Positions 1 to 12,298 are shown, counted from the first letter of the stretch. The stretch is DNA of 64,000 nucleotides from Felis catus (GCF_018350175.1 NC_058368.1:238330001-238394000), one strand, 5' to 3'. Numbers and translations: made by a program. Notes: generated from the sequence alone by a model not told the origin.

Positions 1-443
1 GCAGGAAGATGGGTATATAGTCCAATGGGACACAGAGAGAATGTAGGGATAAGAGCTGTTTGTAACATTCGCTTATTGTCCAGTTAACATTTGTAGGCTC
101 TGTAGTGATGCCACCTGTCTCCTTCCCGGTGGTATCCCTGTTTCTCCCAGTCAGTCCTGGCCCTTGCTCTTCTCACAGATTATCTCAGTGGGTTGACAGC
201 CTATTGACCCATGAATTGAGTAATAAATTGGTAAAAGTTAGCAATGTGTTTGCTGGGCACCCAAAGATTCCAAAAGAGAAACTGAGGGTCCTGTCTTGAC
301 TGGTAATCACTCTTCTCGGTGGACTCACGACACACTAATTTTCAGGTGTCATGAAACAGCTCCATGTCGAAAGGACTCATTATAAAGAAACAAGGCTGCG
401 GGAGACGGTGGTATGGTAGACAGGGGAGGAAAGCCGCCTATAC

Positions 444-521
444 CTGGTGACAGGATGTCCAGCCTCCCAGCGGGGTGAGGGTGGAGGCCGTCAGGACAGG
501 TTGAGGACCCATCCGTATCAT
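444..521 (-). other. Candidate internal exon, 78 nt
   Basis: gtgtgcttcacag|ATGATACGG...TCACCAG|gtatag. Open in phase 1 (DDTDGSSTCPDGLHPHPAGRLDILSP) and phase 0 (MIRMGPQPVLTASTLTPLGGWTSCHQ). Confidence 0.4.
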
Positions 522-951
522 CTGTGAAGCACACACTCGAAAGCTGTTAACAACACAGCTCACAGCGGCACGAGGCCGTGGTCTCAGCTCATCTGCCACG
601 GGCAACTCTTGACTTGGAGGCGGGGTGGGCCCAGGTTTCTCAGGGCTTGAAACTTACACATTTTGGGCCCCTCTTCAAGATGAAGCACTGAAAACTATGA
701 ACGGAACATTAGGGACTGCCTTGGAAGGGGCCGTGAGAGTGGGGGTCCTGAAGCTTGAACCAGACTGGAACCAGACTGGCTTCCTGGCAAATCCACGTGC
801 AGGGGGAGCCAGGCGGCCCCTCTCCCTCATTGCTACTGCACACACAGGCATGCACACGCACCCAGCCACGCCGCATGGGAGTGAATAAGGTCGGCCTCCC
901 TGCCTCCACGTAGAGCCGCGGTCATATTCTAGCATTCGGGCACGTCCATAC

Positions 952-1084
952 CCTTCTCGAAGTCTGAGGAAAATACACATGCCAGGTTCTAACATCTTCC
1001 GGGACGCCCGACCCATTGAGACCAGCAGTTCTGCTCCCCCATGCTGCCCACACTGGGGGCCTTGCAAGCTGGGTTAGGGCTTCT
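952..1084 (-). other. Candidate internal exon, 133 nt
   Basis: About 50-nt pyrimidine tract tcttctttcttccgattcccttttccggtccactttctaccaacccgtag|AGAAG...GAGAAGG|gtatgg. One open frame: EALTQLARPPVWAAWGSRTAGLNGSGVPEDVRTWHVYFPQTSRR. Confidence 0.45.
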
Positions 1085-3240
1085 CTACGGGTTGGTAGAA
1101 AGTGGACCGGAAAAGGGAATCGGAAGAAAGAAGACAGCCGAGGAGCAGTGGGAAGGCTGACCGGTTTTCCTCAAGTCCTTCCATGCGTCGTCACCCAGGG
1201 ACCGGAGGGCTGGCCTCACGTGCGTCTCAGGGAGCCACGGCCTGGCCACCCCAGTCCCCGAGGCCGCTAGGCTTTGCAGTGTTGATGCAGTGAGTGTTTA
1301 GATCCCCAAACTGGATGGATCCCCAGGTTAGGACAACACATCCTACATCCTGCAGAGAAAATGGCCTCCTGGCTTTGCTCTGAGAGAAGTTTCCGTGGAG
1401 GGACGGACGGAGAGAACGCAGAGCTCACAGACGAGCCAGGGGCCCCCAGGGGCTGACACGCTTCCCTCACTGAGCCTGTGGGTCCGTGGCTTCACAGGTC
1501 AGCCCAGATGCAGGGGCACCGCCTGGGCCGTGGGGGCGCGGGCTTGGTCCCTGGGCTTCGGGGACCTGAGACCAGTGAGTGACCAGTGACCCCAGCAGAC
1601 GGAGGTCAAGGCCCAAACCTTGCAGAGCCGTGTTCTGCTCTCTTGGCCAGTGTCTCTTCGTGAGGCTGCAGACACTCCCTCTAAGGGGCAGACTGCACGC
1701 ACTGGGCTGCGGGCACGCGGCCACAGGGGGTGAGGGGCCCTTGGGGGATCAGTGTCACTTTCATGGGCCACCCTGGGTCCCCTCAAGGGAGGTTAAACAC
1801 AGGTACAGTAAACCACACTGGAGGTGTGTGGGGAAAATCACTGCCCCCCAACAAAACGTTGTGATTCAGGGGCTGCACGGCATGGCCCCACGTGTCACCT
1901 GCAGAACCAGAGGGGACACAGGTCTCCAGGCTCTCAGGGCGCCCCCCGGAAGCCGTGCCGCTAAAAGCTTCCTGTGCGGCACCCGGCCGCTTGTCTGTGG
2001 TCTAGCTCGCCTGGGCTCCTAGGAGGAACGTCACCTCTCTGCTTGCGGCTGGGGTGATGGAGCAGAAGAGTGGCTGGTGGGTTATTTATGAGGCGCGGGC
2101 TGCACGGCAAGGCCATCTAAGAGAATGCGGTCACCCAGGCGGGCTCCCCGGAGAGCAGGCCAGGCCCGGAAACGGGGCTCGCTGCTGCCGGCTGCCGGGC
2201 TCTGCCCTCGTCCGTCCTGAGCCGTCAGAGAGCTGTGGTCCGGGGAGAAAGGAAAGCCCTCAGGGCTGAACGTGCAGTGTGGGGTCCAGTAGCACACCTG
2301 CTGAACCGGCCCGGCCCCAGCCCCGGGGGCCACCAGCCCTGTGACACCCCCACCCTGACGCCGAACAGCAGCTCTGGGCCCTGGAGCACTAGTTCGGACT
2401 AGACGTGGGCCGCGACGTGCCAGCTGGGCCTCTTCCACCGAGGCCTCCTCGCCCCGTCACCTTGAGTGCTATGAAAATGCCCTCTCGTGCCCGTGGCGAC
2501 CACAGGCCCCACGGCCACCCTCCACCACTCCGCTGCCAGCTTGGGGACGCACGCAACGCTCTCTTCCCACGGACGCTGCTCCCTTCCGGAGGCTGAGCCC
2601 TTGTCCTCTTCCCAATGGGCAGTTGGATGACCCCTGGAGACCACAGGGAGCCACCGCCCAAGGCTGGCCCACCGCTGCGGGCCGCCCGGCCCCGGGGCCT
2701 TGCTGCTCACCACCTGCCCACCCTGCCGTCTCCGGCCTCTCCATCCATCGACTGCTCTCCCCTCAACCAGAGGCTGAGCTGTGCAGGCCACGGGCAGACA
2801 CAGGTGAGGCTCAGGGGCAGCCCGCAGGCCGCGTGGACGTGGGGTGACACGGTGTGATGGCCGTGGCGTCGTGGGGCCATGATGGGGAAAGTAGGTTACT
2901 TCACTGAATCGCTTATTGCTAGTTCTGCACCAGACTTGCACACAGCACCACACGCCTGCGCTCACGCGCACACACATGCACACACGCACACACGTGCAGG
3001 TAGTCAGAGGCGGGAAGGCCCGCACGTTTGCTACAACATTCTATTTCTGGAAGCCCACATCGCTTCTTATTTGACATTCTCTTAATCTTAGTCATTTGTA
3101 TGCAGTGCTTAAGGAAAACAGAATGTTTAGGATGTGAAATGTCACAGCCAAGAGCCTGCTGCAACGGAGCCTGTCACAAGAGGCCCTGGAACCATCCAGA
3201 ATTTAAAAGAGGCATTGCTAATTACGTCTGGCAGTTTAAC

Positions 3241-3330
3241 CTTCCCGTGGAGTGCCCAGGGTAACCCCCAAGAAACTCTGCGGCAAAACCACGTCCTCCA
3301 GTGGGCGGCTGCATATGGCTTCCTCCAGCT
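3241..3330 (-). other. Candidate internal exon, 90 nt
   Basis: ttgattttgtgcgtctctgaag|AGCTGG...GGGAAG|gttaaa (weak donor). Phase-1 frame reads ELEEAICSRPLEDVVLPQSFLGVTLGTPRE. Confidence 0.3.
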
Positions 3331-3748
3331 CTTCAGAGACGCACAAAATCAACGGAAAACGCCTTTGCAGATGGCCCAAAAACAGAGCAAACAGTGAAGT
3401 GAAAGATTGGGGCAGAACGGGTCTCTCCCCAGGCGCTTTCCCGCGAATTCTGTGAAGCTGTGAGTGGAGCCAGAGCCAGGAGACTTGCCTCTGGCCTTTG
3501 CACCTGGGCGTGAACAGGCCAGGTAATGACCCGCAGACACCGGCCTCCTGTCCCTGTCGCGGCTGCTCCCCTCAAGCCCCCTGCTTTGCCCCCTCGGTTT
3601 CGCCAGGTTTTAAGAGATGGTGATAAATGGGTCGAAGCAGTCCTGGGCGCCACCGTGATCTCCCCTGGCCGGTCACAAGACGCCGCGGTCACCAGCCGCA
3701 TCGTGGCAGTAACGCACATTGGCTCAGCCTGGTTTTCCTGGACGTTAC

Positions 3749-3856
3749 CCTGAGAGTTCGTTTTTAAGCTCTCTGACGAGGGACACCGGGAAGAGAGAGC
3801 GTCCTTGTTTGATCTAACGCTCTTAGAGAAAGTGTGATCTGACAAGCTGGGTCTGA
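3749..3856 (-). other. Candidate internal exon, 108 nt
   Basis: ttttcccatttgtctgaatcctgactcacag|TCAGAC...CTCAGG|gtaacg. Only phase 1 is open: RPSLSDHTFSKSVRSNKDALSSRCPSSESLKTNSQ. Confidence 0.4.
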
Positions 3857-4059
3857 CTGTGAGTCAGGATTCAGACAAATGGGAAAACAAGTCAGGCGGG
3901 GTCTGATCTCAAGCGTAGACACGAAGAACCGCGGCCAAGACGGTCGCTGGAGTCAGAGCAGCGGACTGTGAGCTGCAGACCGCGATGAAAACACCTGGAA
4001 AGCGCGCTCCTGTTCTGAGCCGCGGACGGCTCGTGTTTCCCGCTTCTCTCCGTCGGCTT

Positions 4060-5600
4060 TGCTGATTCGTGCCTGGCTGTGCATTTGTCCTTTTCACCGA
4101 AGCGGCTTAATTTATTGTCGTAATTTCCCACAGTGTGTCCTTATCGATTTAATTTATGAAACATTGGGGCGGTGGCCCCTCTTGTGTTCCTGAGATGGGT
4201 AACTTGTGTTCTCCACCTCTTTGCTTGATCAGTTTACCCGAGCCTTATCATTTCATTGACCTTTCCAAAGAACAACTTTTACGGCCATTAATTTTCTCTG
4301 GCTGTGTTATTGATTTCTGATTTTACCTTTATTATTTCTTCCTTCTACTTACTTTCAGTTCAATTTACCTTTCCTTTACTGAGTCTTCAGGTGGAAGCTC
4401 GGCATTGATTCGAATCTTTTCTTTTTTCCTAATATAGGTATTTAAGGTTATAAATTTCCATCTAAGCACTGCTTTCTTGCAGACCATGAACCGCTCATTA
4501 TCACTCATACAAAATGTTTTCCATGCCCTTTGTGAGTTCTTCATTGAAACAATGGTTATTTAGAAACACATCCCTTAATTCTCAACTGTTTGGGGATTCT
4601 CTGATGCCTGTTTGTTCTTGATTTCTAACTTCAGTATTTTGCGGTCAGAGGACACACACTGTGTGATGTCAACCCATTTAAATGTGTTGGGACCTGTCGC
4701 CAGGCGTCCGTGTCCCCTCCTCCACGGAGCGTGCCTGTGGACGGGGCAGGGCTGAGGTCTGTCGTCTTGGCTCTGGAGTGCCAGGTAGACAATACCGCCG
4801 GCCAGACGTGCACCTGCCACGGGGCGCTGCTGACCCCGCCACAGCGAGAATGGCGGGACCTTCACCTGCAATTCTCTGTCTGTCTAGTCTCCTTTTGTCT
4901 CCATGAGTTCACAGCGTATGTCGCTACGTACTCAATTTAGTTAAATGCAGTCATTATTTATTCAGATGTTTCTGCCCTTCCTCTTTTCCTGGTATTCTAA
5001 CTACACACATACCAGGCTTCTTGATGTTAACCCACAGTCAACAAGGGGCCGCTCTTTTCTTGGCCCTGGTTGTCTTCTTTCCTTGCTTCAGTCTGGGGAC
5101 TTTCTGTTCGTCAGGTCAAGTTCACTTTCCTTCTGCCATTTCCATGTTGGGGTTTCGCTGGGATTCTGAAGTTTCTAGACCAGCATCTCCGAGCAGTTCT
5201 GGGAACCCCTGCCCCTCACACATTTCCTCTGCTCCAACCCCTCTGAGCCCTGCTTGAGAAGCTTTGATTAAATACATCTCTCACTTCCTCAGCCACGCAA
5301 TGAAACTTACCTACTCTGTATTTCCCTTTTTTATCTCTCTGCTCGGGGCATATTTGGGGCCTATTTTATAATTTACTAGTTCTCTCTTTCACTGTGTTAA
5401 CTTTATATTAAACCCATCTATTGGGTTTTTTATATACATCAGTTTTTTAAATATATCATTTCTAAAAGTTCTACTTAATTCTTGTACAAATCAGCTATGC
5501 CACTTTAAAATTTTTCCTGATCCCTGCAAAGATTTCTAACCCTGTTCTTAACTTGTTATTTTATGATCCATGGTCAATGATTCCAATTTCTGAGTCCTTT
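4060..5600 (-). mobile_element. Ancient L1 (L1M-type) fragments
   Basis: T-rich stretch resembling antisense L1 ORF2 (ctttccaaagaacaactttt; ggtatttaaggttataaatttccatctaagcactgcttt), followed by more degraded L1-like sequence. Boundaries approximate. Confidence 0.7.
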
Positions 5601-5740
5601 ATGGACCTTCTTCTATGGACTTTGGCTGAACAGAGATGTGTGTCTCAAGGTTGATGAGACTGTATGACTGTGGGATCGAGGAAGGACATTTTCCCCTGGT
5701 CAGTTCAGAAGAACTCCATTAGAAAGAAGGGAGAGTCCTA

Positions 5741-5970
5741 GGGCACCTGAGTGGCTCAGTCGGTTGAGCATCTGACTTCGGCTAAGCTCATGATCTCACA
5801 GTCTGTGGGTTCGAGGCCCATGTCTGGCTCTGTGCTGACAGCTCAGACTCTGGAGCCTGCTTCGGACTCTGTGTCTCCCTCTGTCTCTGCCCCTCCCCTG
5901 CTCACTCTGTCTCTCTCTGTCTCTCTCTCAAGAATAAATAAAACATTTAAAAAAGTTTAAAAAAAAAAAA
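5741..5970 (+). mobile_element. CanSINE (tRNA-derived carnivore SINE)
   Basis: gggcacctgagtggctcagtcggttgag A-box, ggttcgagg B-box, (CT)n tract, aataaa and A tail. Confidence 0.97.
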
Positions 5971-6050
5971 GAATGGGTCCTGACTCTATTTTTAGGGTCT
6001 AAAACGACAATATCAATAATCGTTAACGTTTATGTTGCACTTTTAAATGT

Positions 6051-6165
6051 CTACAACCACTTAAAATTTTTAATGTCCACAAAATCTCCCCGTGAGCTAG
6101 ATTCTACTCTCTCTTTCTTGGACAAAGACACCAAGATCTGGGTAAGATGACGTCTTGCTAGATTC
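6051..6165 (-). other. Candidate (possibly terminal) exon
   Basis: Strong acceptor ctctctccccgctctctgctctgtcactttccctgcag|GAATCT; no convincing donor. Phase-2 frame NLARRHLTQILVSLSKKERVESSSRGDFVDIKNFKWL* ends at 6051. Confidence 0.4.
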
Positions 6166-6939
6166 CTGCAGGGAAAGTGACAGAGCAGAGAGCGGGGAGA
6201 GAGCAGGCAACTCAGATGCGGTTGTGACACAGGAAAGCCAGGTGTCAGCAGCAGCAGAGAGCTGAGCCGGCGACGACCCAGGGAACAGGTGTGGCCGCAC
6301 CGGATCCGGCTGGGCCCGAGCCCCGGCCCGGCCCCGAGTTTCGACCTCAACACTCAACACTCAGCTACCGTCGACCTCAAATTACAGTGTGCCGCGGCGT
6401 TTGAATGATACAAGAATACATCTTCGAGACACAAGATACTGTTTTCTGATCTCAATTTTTTTAATGCTTACAATTTGAGGAACTCCTACCTAAGCTTCTT
6501 TTTATCTCCTACTTCAATGTGAAACAAATGGAAATAGGTTTTTCGTGGGAGCCTCTATACGACAAATGCCAAACCTCAAATCTCTCTCTGGAAAACAAAC
6601 CTCACGATCTCTATCATGGCGTAGTCTCCCCTCCGCACATGACAACACCACCCCGTCTTCACGGCTGGCCGCACACATCACCCTCTCGGCGATAAGACCC
6701 TCCCCCCCACCCGGCCCTGCAGAGTCCCCGTCCCCCTGAGCAGCCAGGCACTCCGCGCCTGCCTGCCTGAGTCACTCAACAGATGGCACCGGGACGCCCT
6801 CCCCGGACACCGCGGTGACCGTCACTTCCCTGCTGGACTATTAGCACCTGGAGGGTGAATTCACATTCCTTTTTAGATGTTCTGCAGGATTTCTACGGCC
6901 ACTCCCTTGTGAAGAAAGCAGATTTCAGATACAAACTAG

Positions 6940-7140
6940 CTCTTACTGAGCGTGGAGTGTGCGACGGGCCCTGGGCGACGAGCTTTGCCTATGTTATCTC
7001 AGCAAACCCTCACAACGCCGAAAGAGGTGGCATTTCAGGCTCAGAACTCACCTCACGTAATGTCCTCCAGGCCAAGGAGAGCTAGGATTTTAATCCTGGT
7101 GAGCACGACCCCTAGCGCTAGGTCCCGATGACCCAGCGTG
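6940..7140. mobile_element. MIR fragment
   Basis: Degenerate MIR motifs (ttactgagcg...ttatctca...cctcacaac...gagctaggatttt aatcctgg). Confidence 0.55.
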
Positions 7141-7710
7141 TGGTTTAAAAACAACACGTTTCCATGACGGTGAATGAACTAAGGAAAGTTATACTATTTC
7201 TCAGCAATAGGTCACGGTTCATCACTCGCCACCACCAGCGTGGGGCGTCCTTCCAACCCCCAGGGGGACCCAGCCATACTTTCTAGGATCAGCACCTTAG
7301 AAAACAAAGCCCAATACATAACCATAAACAAGAAAAGGTCATCGGTCCCTCGGAGGCGCAGTCACAGGCCAGGCCCTCACCTGGAGGCTCACCCTCGAGC
7401 AGCAGCACAGTGGTGAGCGGGTGCAACACGGCGGCTCCTGCGGGCTCTTGGGGGGCAGTGAGCCGCCTGCCCGCTGGGTGACGGCACGTGGGGGGCTTGG
7501 AATCAGCCTGGTGGGAGCATTTACACCACAGCATTCAGCAAAAACGACCAGTCACGCTTCGTCTCCCCAAAGTCCAATTGCTGGAGATTTACAGGCACGC
7601 TACCGGGGTAGACTAAGAAAAATACAGTGCTCATTTGGGTGATATTCTCCATAAATTGGGGAAAAAGATAACCAGAGGGAACATATTTGACAAGAGTTGG
7701 GAAATGGATA

Positions 7711-7838
7711 GGGCACCTGGGAGGCTCAGTCAGTTCAGCGTCTGAGTCTTGATCTCAGCTCAGGTCTTGATTCCAGGGTCATGAGTCCAAGCCCCACGTC
7801 GGGCTCTGTGCTGGATGTGAAGCCTACTTTAAAAAAAA
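7711..7838 (+). mobile_element. Short CanSINE variant (no CT tract)
   Basis: tRNA-like head ending ctctgtgctggatgtgaagcctactttaaaaaaaa. Confidence 0.9.
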
Positions 7839-7839
7839 T

Positions 7840-8072
7840 GGGGCACCTGGGTGGCTCAGTCGGTTAGTCCTCCGACTTCGGCTCAGCTCATGATCTCGTG
7901 GTTTGTGGGTTCGAGCCCCAGGTCGGGCTCTGCTCTGACAGCTCGGAGCCTGGCGCCTGTTTCGGATTCTGTGTCTCCCTCTCCCTCTGCCCCTCCCCTG
8001 CTCGTGCTCTGTCTCTCTCTCTCTCTCTTTCTCTCTGTCTCTCTCAAAAATAAACATTAAAATTTTTTTTAA
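7840..8072 (+). mobile_element. CanSINE directly following the A tail of the previous SINE
   Basis: Full head, ggttcgagccc B-box, CT tract, aaaataaacattaaaa tail. Confidence 0.97.
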
Positions 8073-9478
8073 GTTGATAAACGGAAGAGCGAGAAGAGTA
8101 AGCCTCCTAGAAAGCAGAGCTTCAACTCTCAATGGCAGGAACACGCCCTCGGTCCTAGACGCCTGTCAACGCTTTAACGCTGGGATCCACACGGCTCCAG
8201 CAGGGCCACCCGAACCACCGACCTGGGACACGCAGGGCTGCCCCTGGGACAAGGAAGGCTGGGTGATACACGTGAACTGACACCAGCAGCCTGTCGAGCT
8301 CTCGCTTTAAGAGAAGCTCGATGAACGGGATTCTCTGGCCGCCCTACCTTTTTCCAGCTTGCTGCTGGCTCTGGGAAACAGAAATTTCCTCCAGTTCGAC
8401 CTGCGAGGCATCAGAGCCTGTCTGGGCAGTTGCTGGAGCTTTGGGGGCCGGTGCCAAAGGCTGTGCCTGGTACTTCAAGCATGAAATCAGGAAAATCTTC
8501 TAGCTCGGGTCCGTGACATTATTGGTCAACACTATAGAAGAATTCAAAGCCTATCTTTTCTAACCACACGGCCCACGCTTGGGCGGTTCATTGAATAATA
8601 TGGCGACGAAATGCCTTAGCCTCTATCTCTCCGCACCAAACACAGAGCGCTCTCTTGGCGCTAGGACAAGGCTGCTGCGGAGCCAAATCTCACCCGAGAG
8701 GGGGAGCCCCAAAGTGCTGCAGGAGAGCCCGTGTCCACCCCACGCGTGCCCAGGTACTGGACCCCTTTGCCCATCTGCTCTCCGTCTCTCGGGGATCAGA
8801 GAGGCCTATTCACCCCAGGAACCCTTATCGTACCACCCGGCTCATCACACTAGTCCCAGAGGGAACACACTCGGGTAGGATGAAGTCCGGCTCTGTTTCC
8901 CGACTGGGGAGGAACGTGCTTGGTTCTCCAACAGTTGGGCAACAGAGGTGTTGTTTGGAAGAGAGCGCCCCAGCACAACACAGGAAGGCTCTCCAGACGG
9001 AGTGTCTCTTCCTCACGAACAAACGACGCGAACCCTCGCTCCTCCGGGAGGGCGCGACGCCACGATTAACTACGCAAGTGACACCGGGTTTGGAAATACG
9101 GCAAAGCATGTCACGAACGTTTCAACTGCCACCCAGTCGAGCCTTCATCGTCTCTAAGCAGATTCACCATCACGTGCAGGGCCCCTTTCCGTACAAATAA
9201 GCCCCCGGGGGGCAGACTAGAAGCACCGGGTGCCAGGCTGGCGGGAGGGCGGGGACAGCGCCTGCGTGGGGGCCGCGCACGTAGGTGAGGAGTTGCGCTC
9301 AGTGTTATTTATCGTCTGCGTCCCTTTCCTTCAGGAACAGCACGAAAAAAGGACTCCGGTTGTCCTCATTCCCGTCTCCCGCTTCCTCTCGCGCTCTGAG
9401 CCCGCGGTGAGCTCTCCTTGGGGTTGTTAGACACCACCCGAGATAACGCGACGTCAAGGTGGGCACCTACGTTCTTAC

Positions 9479-9664
9479 CTGGTGAGCTTTCCACGTGACT
9501 CTGTGTGCTGGGTCCAAGCCATCTCCGTTTCGAGATCGACGGAAGCAGACTGAGGATTTCCACAGGCTGTCCGCTTCCCCGCTACGTGCACCTGTCCCCG
9601 GTGAGCCTGCGTGTTCCAGCCTCCGGCCACGCCGACTCTGCTCGCTCAAGGTGAAGGCAGACAC
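9479..9664 (-). other. Candidate internal exon, 186 nt
   Basis: ctccctttccctctcctcaaaccccag|GTGTCT...CTCACCAG|gtaaga; near-consensus sites at both ends. Contains GAGATGG (ATG at 9522-9520). Confidence 0.6.
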
Positions 9665-9952
9665 CTGGGGTTTGAGGAGAGGGAAAGGGAGCCCCGCTCA
9701 TCACTTTCTCAGGCTGAGACCGTCTCACGGCCAAAGCCTCCATAGGACTCAATCCTTACCCTTAAACCTGAAGGCCGAGCGAGGGCCAAGGCACAGGGGC
9801 TCCCACATGGATGGGGGAGGGGAGCCGTGCATTACCTAAGACGTGCAGAGGTCACCCCCAAAGACCCCTCCGTGAGGGTGACCGCCCTAAGTGTGTGTGA
9901 CTTATTTGCCTCAGTGCAAACCTGGAACAGCTTCCTGGGAAACGCGATATAC

Positions 9953-10008
9953 CTTCGGGTACATCTTGCTCAGGATTACTGTTTACGGTACGCACACCCA
10001 CTCTTCTG
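9953..10008 (-). other. Candidate internal exon, 56 nt (NAGNAG acceptor)
   Basis: atttctccttttag|CAG|AAG...CCCGAAG|gtatat. Frame RRVGVRTVNSNPEQDVPE. Confidence 0.45.
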
Positions 10009-10184
10009 CTAAAAGGAGAAATCTCCGTGCTGTTGCAGGAGCTCCAGGCCTCAGGAGGGACCGGCAGAGTCACATCCCGGGTGTGAGGCCAGCGCCCCGA
10101 GCGGGCTTTTCCTTTCTTCTACAAAGTCTCTTCTAACTGTTCACCCACGCTTCCACAGAACTCCACGTCAAAAATAACAAAAAT

Positions 10185-10430
10185 TTTAAATACACTGTGG
10201 CATTCCAGATTAGATGCTGGAGCCAAAAATGGGGGAAAAAAGATATTCTGGAAAAACTGGTAAGATCAGAACAAAGAGGAGATCAGTTAGCGGATGTCCC
10301 AAGGCCGGTTCCCTAGTGGTGATAAGTGTGTACGGGGCCCTGAGAGAAGAGGCATGAGAAGTCTGTTCTTTTTCAAAGTTTTCTGTATATCGAAGACTAT
10401 TCCAAAATAAAAGTTTACTTTAAAAAAAGG
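10185..10430 (+). mobile_element. L1MC-like 3' end
   Basis: Ends aagttttctgtatatcgaagactattccaaaataaaagtttactttaaaa, resembling old L1 3' termini. Confidence 0.6.
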
Positions 10431-10694
10431 CAACCTAACCTGAAAGGTCAATGTAATTACTTTATTACTTATTTCCATAAAGGATTACGACATCAACAGG
10501 GTACTTCCCCTGAACAGATGGCTGTGTAAGTCTCCTGGCTTCACTAAGCTTTGTACGAATTTATTTAATACAATTAATTATAATATAGAGCATCTTTTAA
10601 ATAAATTCACACAAAACCAACTTCTCAGCTAACTGGCTACCTGAACACAGGAACCTAATCACCACCATGCACTAATTGAAAATACAGTATTAAA

Positions 10695-10719
10695 TACACA
10701 CACACACACACACACACAC
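10695..10719. repeat. (CA)n microsatellite
   Basis: About 12 CA units, seen directly. Confidence 0.95.
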
Positions 10720-11077
10720 GTTAAAATCCAACAAGTAAAACAACCAGGAAATGGTCCTCAGGAAATTTGCTAAGTATGTTGACCCAGATTTAAGGAAGTT
10801 ACTAACACCTTCCAGAATGTTCCTCCTTGAAAAGCCAGCATATGTTGGCTAGATCCTTAGGACACATCCCATCCGTGAGGACAGGACCCATGGACAGGTG
10901 ACGGGGCGTAATTCACCAGGCCGGCACACGGGAAAGCAGCTGAGCACAGAGGGCCAGGCGGGGACAGGATGCACAGGACAGGGGTTCTGACGTGGCGGGA
11001 GAGGGCAGCTCCAGAAAGGGAGGGGGGAACAGGTGCACCGCTTCCCCGGTTGGCCAGGAGAGCCGGCCTTCGCTCAC

Positions 11078-11161
11078 CTGCAGAACGCTGTTCACCTGCA
11101 GAATGTGCCCGTGGCCTCAGCTCCCGTGCACACTTGTTGGGCCGCACGAGGATCATCCAGC
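11078..11161 (-). other. Candidate exon with two tandem donors (66 or 84 nt)
   Basis: ctgtctgcgctcag|GCTGG...TTCTGCAG|gtgaac and, 18 nt further, TTCTGCAG|gtgagc. Confidence 0.4.
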
Positions 11162-12249
11162 CTGAGCGCAGACAGTCCTCCTCAAGAGGGGCCACGGGAA
11201 AAGAGACACCGTCCTGCGCTGTGTCCCAAAGGTAGCAATGAAGAAACTAGTGTGTGCTGGGGCGGGGCAGGCACCGTTCACAATAATACACGTGTCTATG
11301 ACAGGATCCTGCAATGTGACGATCCAGACACAGAACTCAAGATGCAGAATCAGAACATGTTTTTGGAAAAGAACGCCGTAAGAATCAGAGTCCCTTTCAG
11401 GCGGCTTCCACTCCTTGCTTACACATTTTGAGAAAACAAACTGCAAAACAGATAGATGCCCAGGGCCCTCCTTCAGGACAGGGCCCCCATGTCAGGGGCA
11501 ACAGGAGGGACAGAGTCAGGCAGCCTCGGGCCACTGTGGTTTTTCCAAACTGCAGGAAAACAGGAGACGGAATTCTGTGAAGTGAGGAGTGCTGGGCGTG
11601 CCTCCTTCCAGAAGTTTAGGAAGATCAGTTTCACACAAAACATAGGCAGCAGAGGATCAAGGTAAAATCAGCATGAGAATACCGAGTCATCACATGACAA
11701 AGGACACAGAACACAACAGCGTCCCTAGACATGGTGAAGACACGCGTGAAGACGTGCCCACACCACAAATATAAACTGTGACCTCCCGACTCCAAAACCA
11801 AGTAAATGCCACAGATGAATGTTACGCCACGTGGGGACGAGAGCGTTCAAAATCAGACAATTCAGAAATGAGCTCATATTGCCGAGGACGTAAGAAATAA
11901 GGGAAAACATCCCAGAAGCGAGGAATGAGCTAAAATACAAGGAACACAAAAAGGAGTAAAATAATGACAAGACAATTCACATTGGAAGGGGGAGCGTTTT
12001 CGTAATAAAAATAGGTGAGGGGATGGAGAGAAACTGAAAGAAATACGAAAGAGGAGTAAGGAAGGCACAGACAACCCCACACGGGACAGCAGGTGCCAAA
12101 AACCGAGCAAGGGGAGGGCTGGGGGTCGTTGGCCACAGAGCCGGGCCCTCCAGGCCTACGCTGACTACGCCCTGGAGACCCAGGGATCCTTGCGGGGGCT
12201 ACGGTTAGCCAAACTGCCTTGCGTATTTGGAAGTTGCCAAGAGTCCTCT

Positions 12250-12250
<1 letters not shown>

Positions 12251-12293
<43 letters not shown>
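12251..12293. repeat. (CA)n microsatellite
   Basis: About 21 perfect CA units. Confidence 0.97.

Positions 12294-12298
<5 letters not shown>

Noticed and set aside
11690..12065. A-rich segment possibly HAL1 or L1 ORF1-derived
   Set aside because: Composition is suggestive, but I could not match a diagnostic motif confidently.
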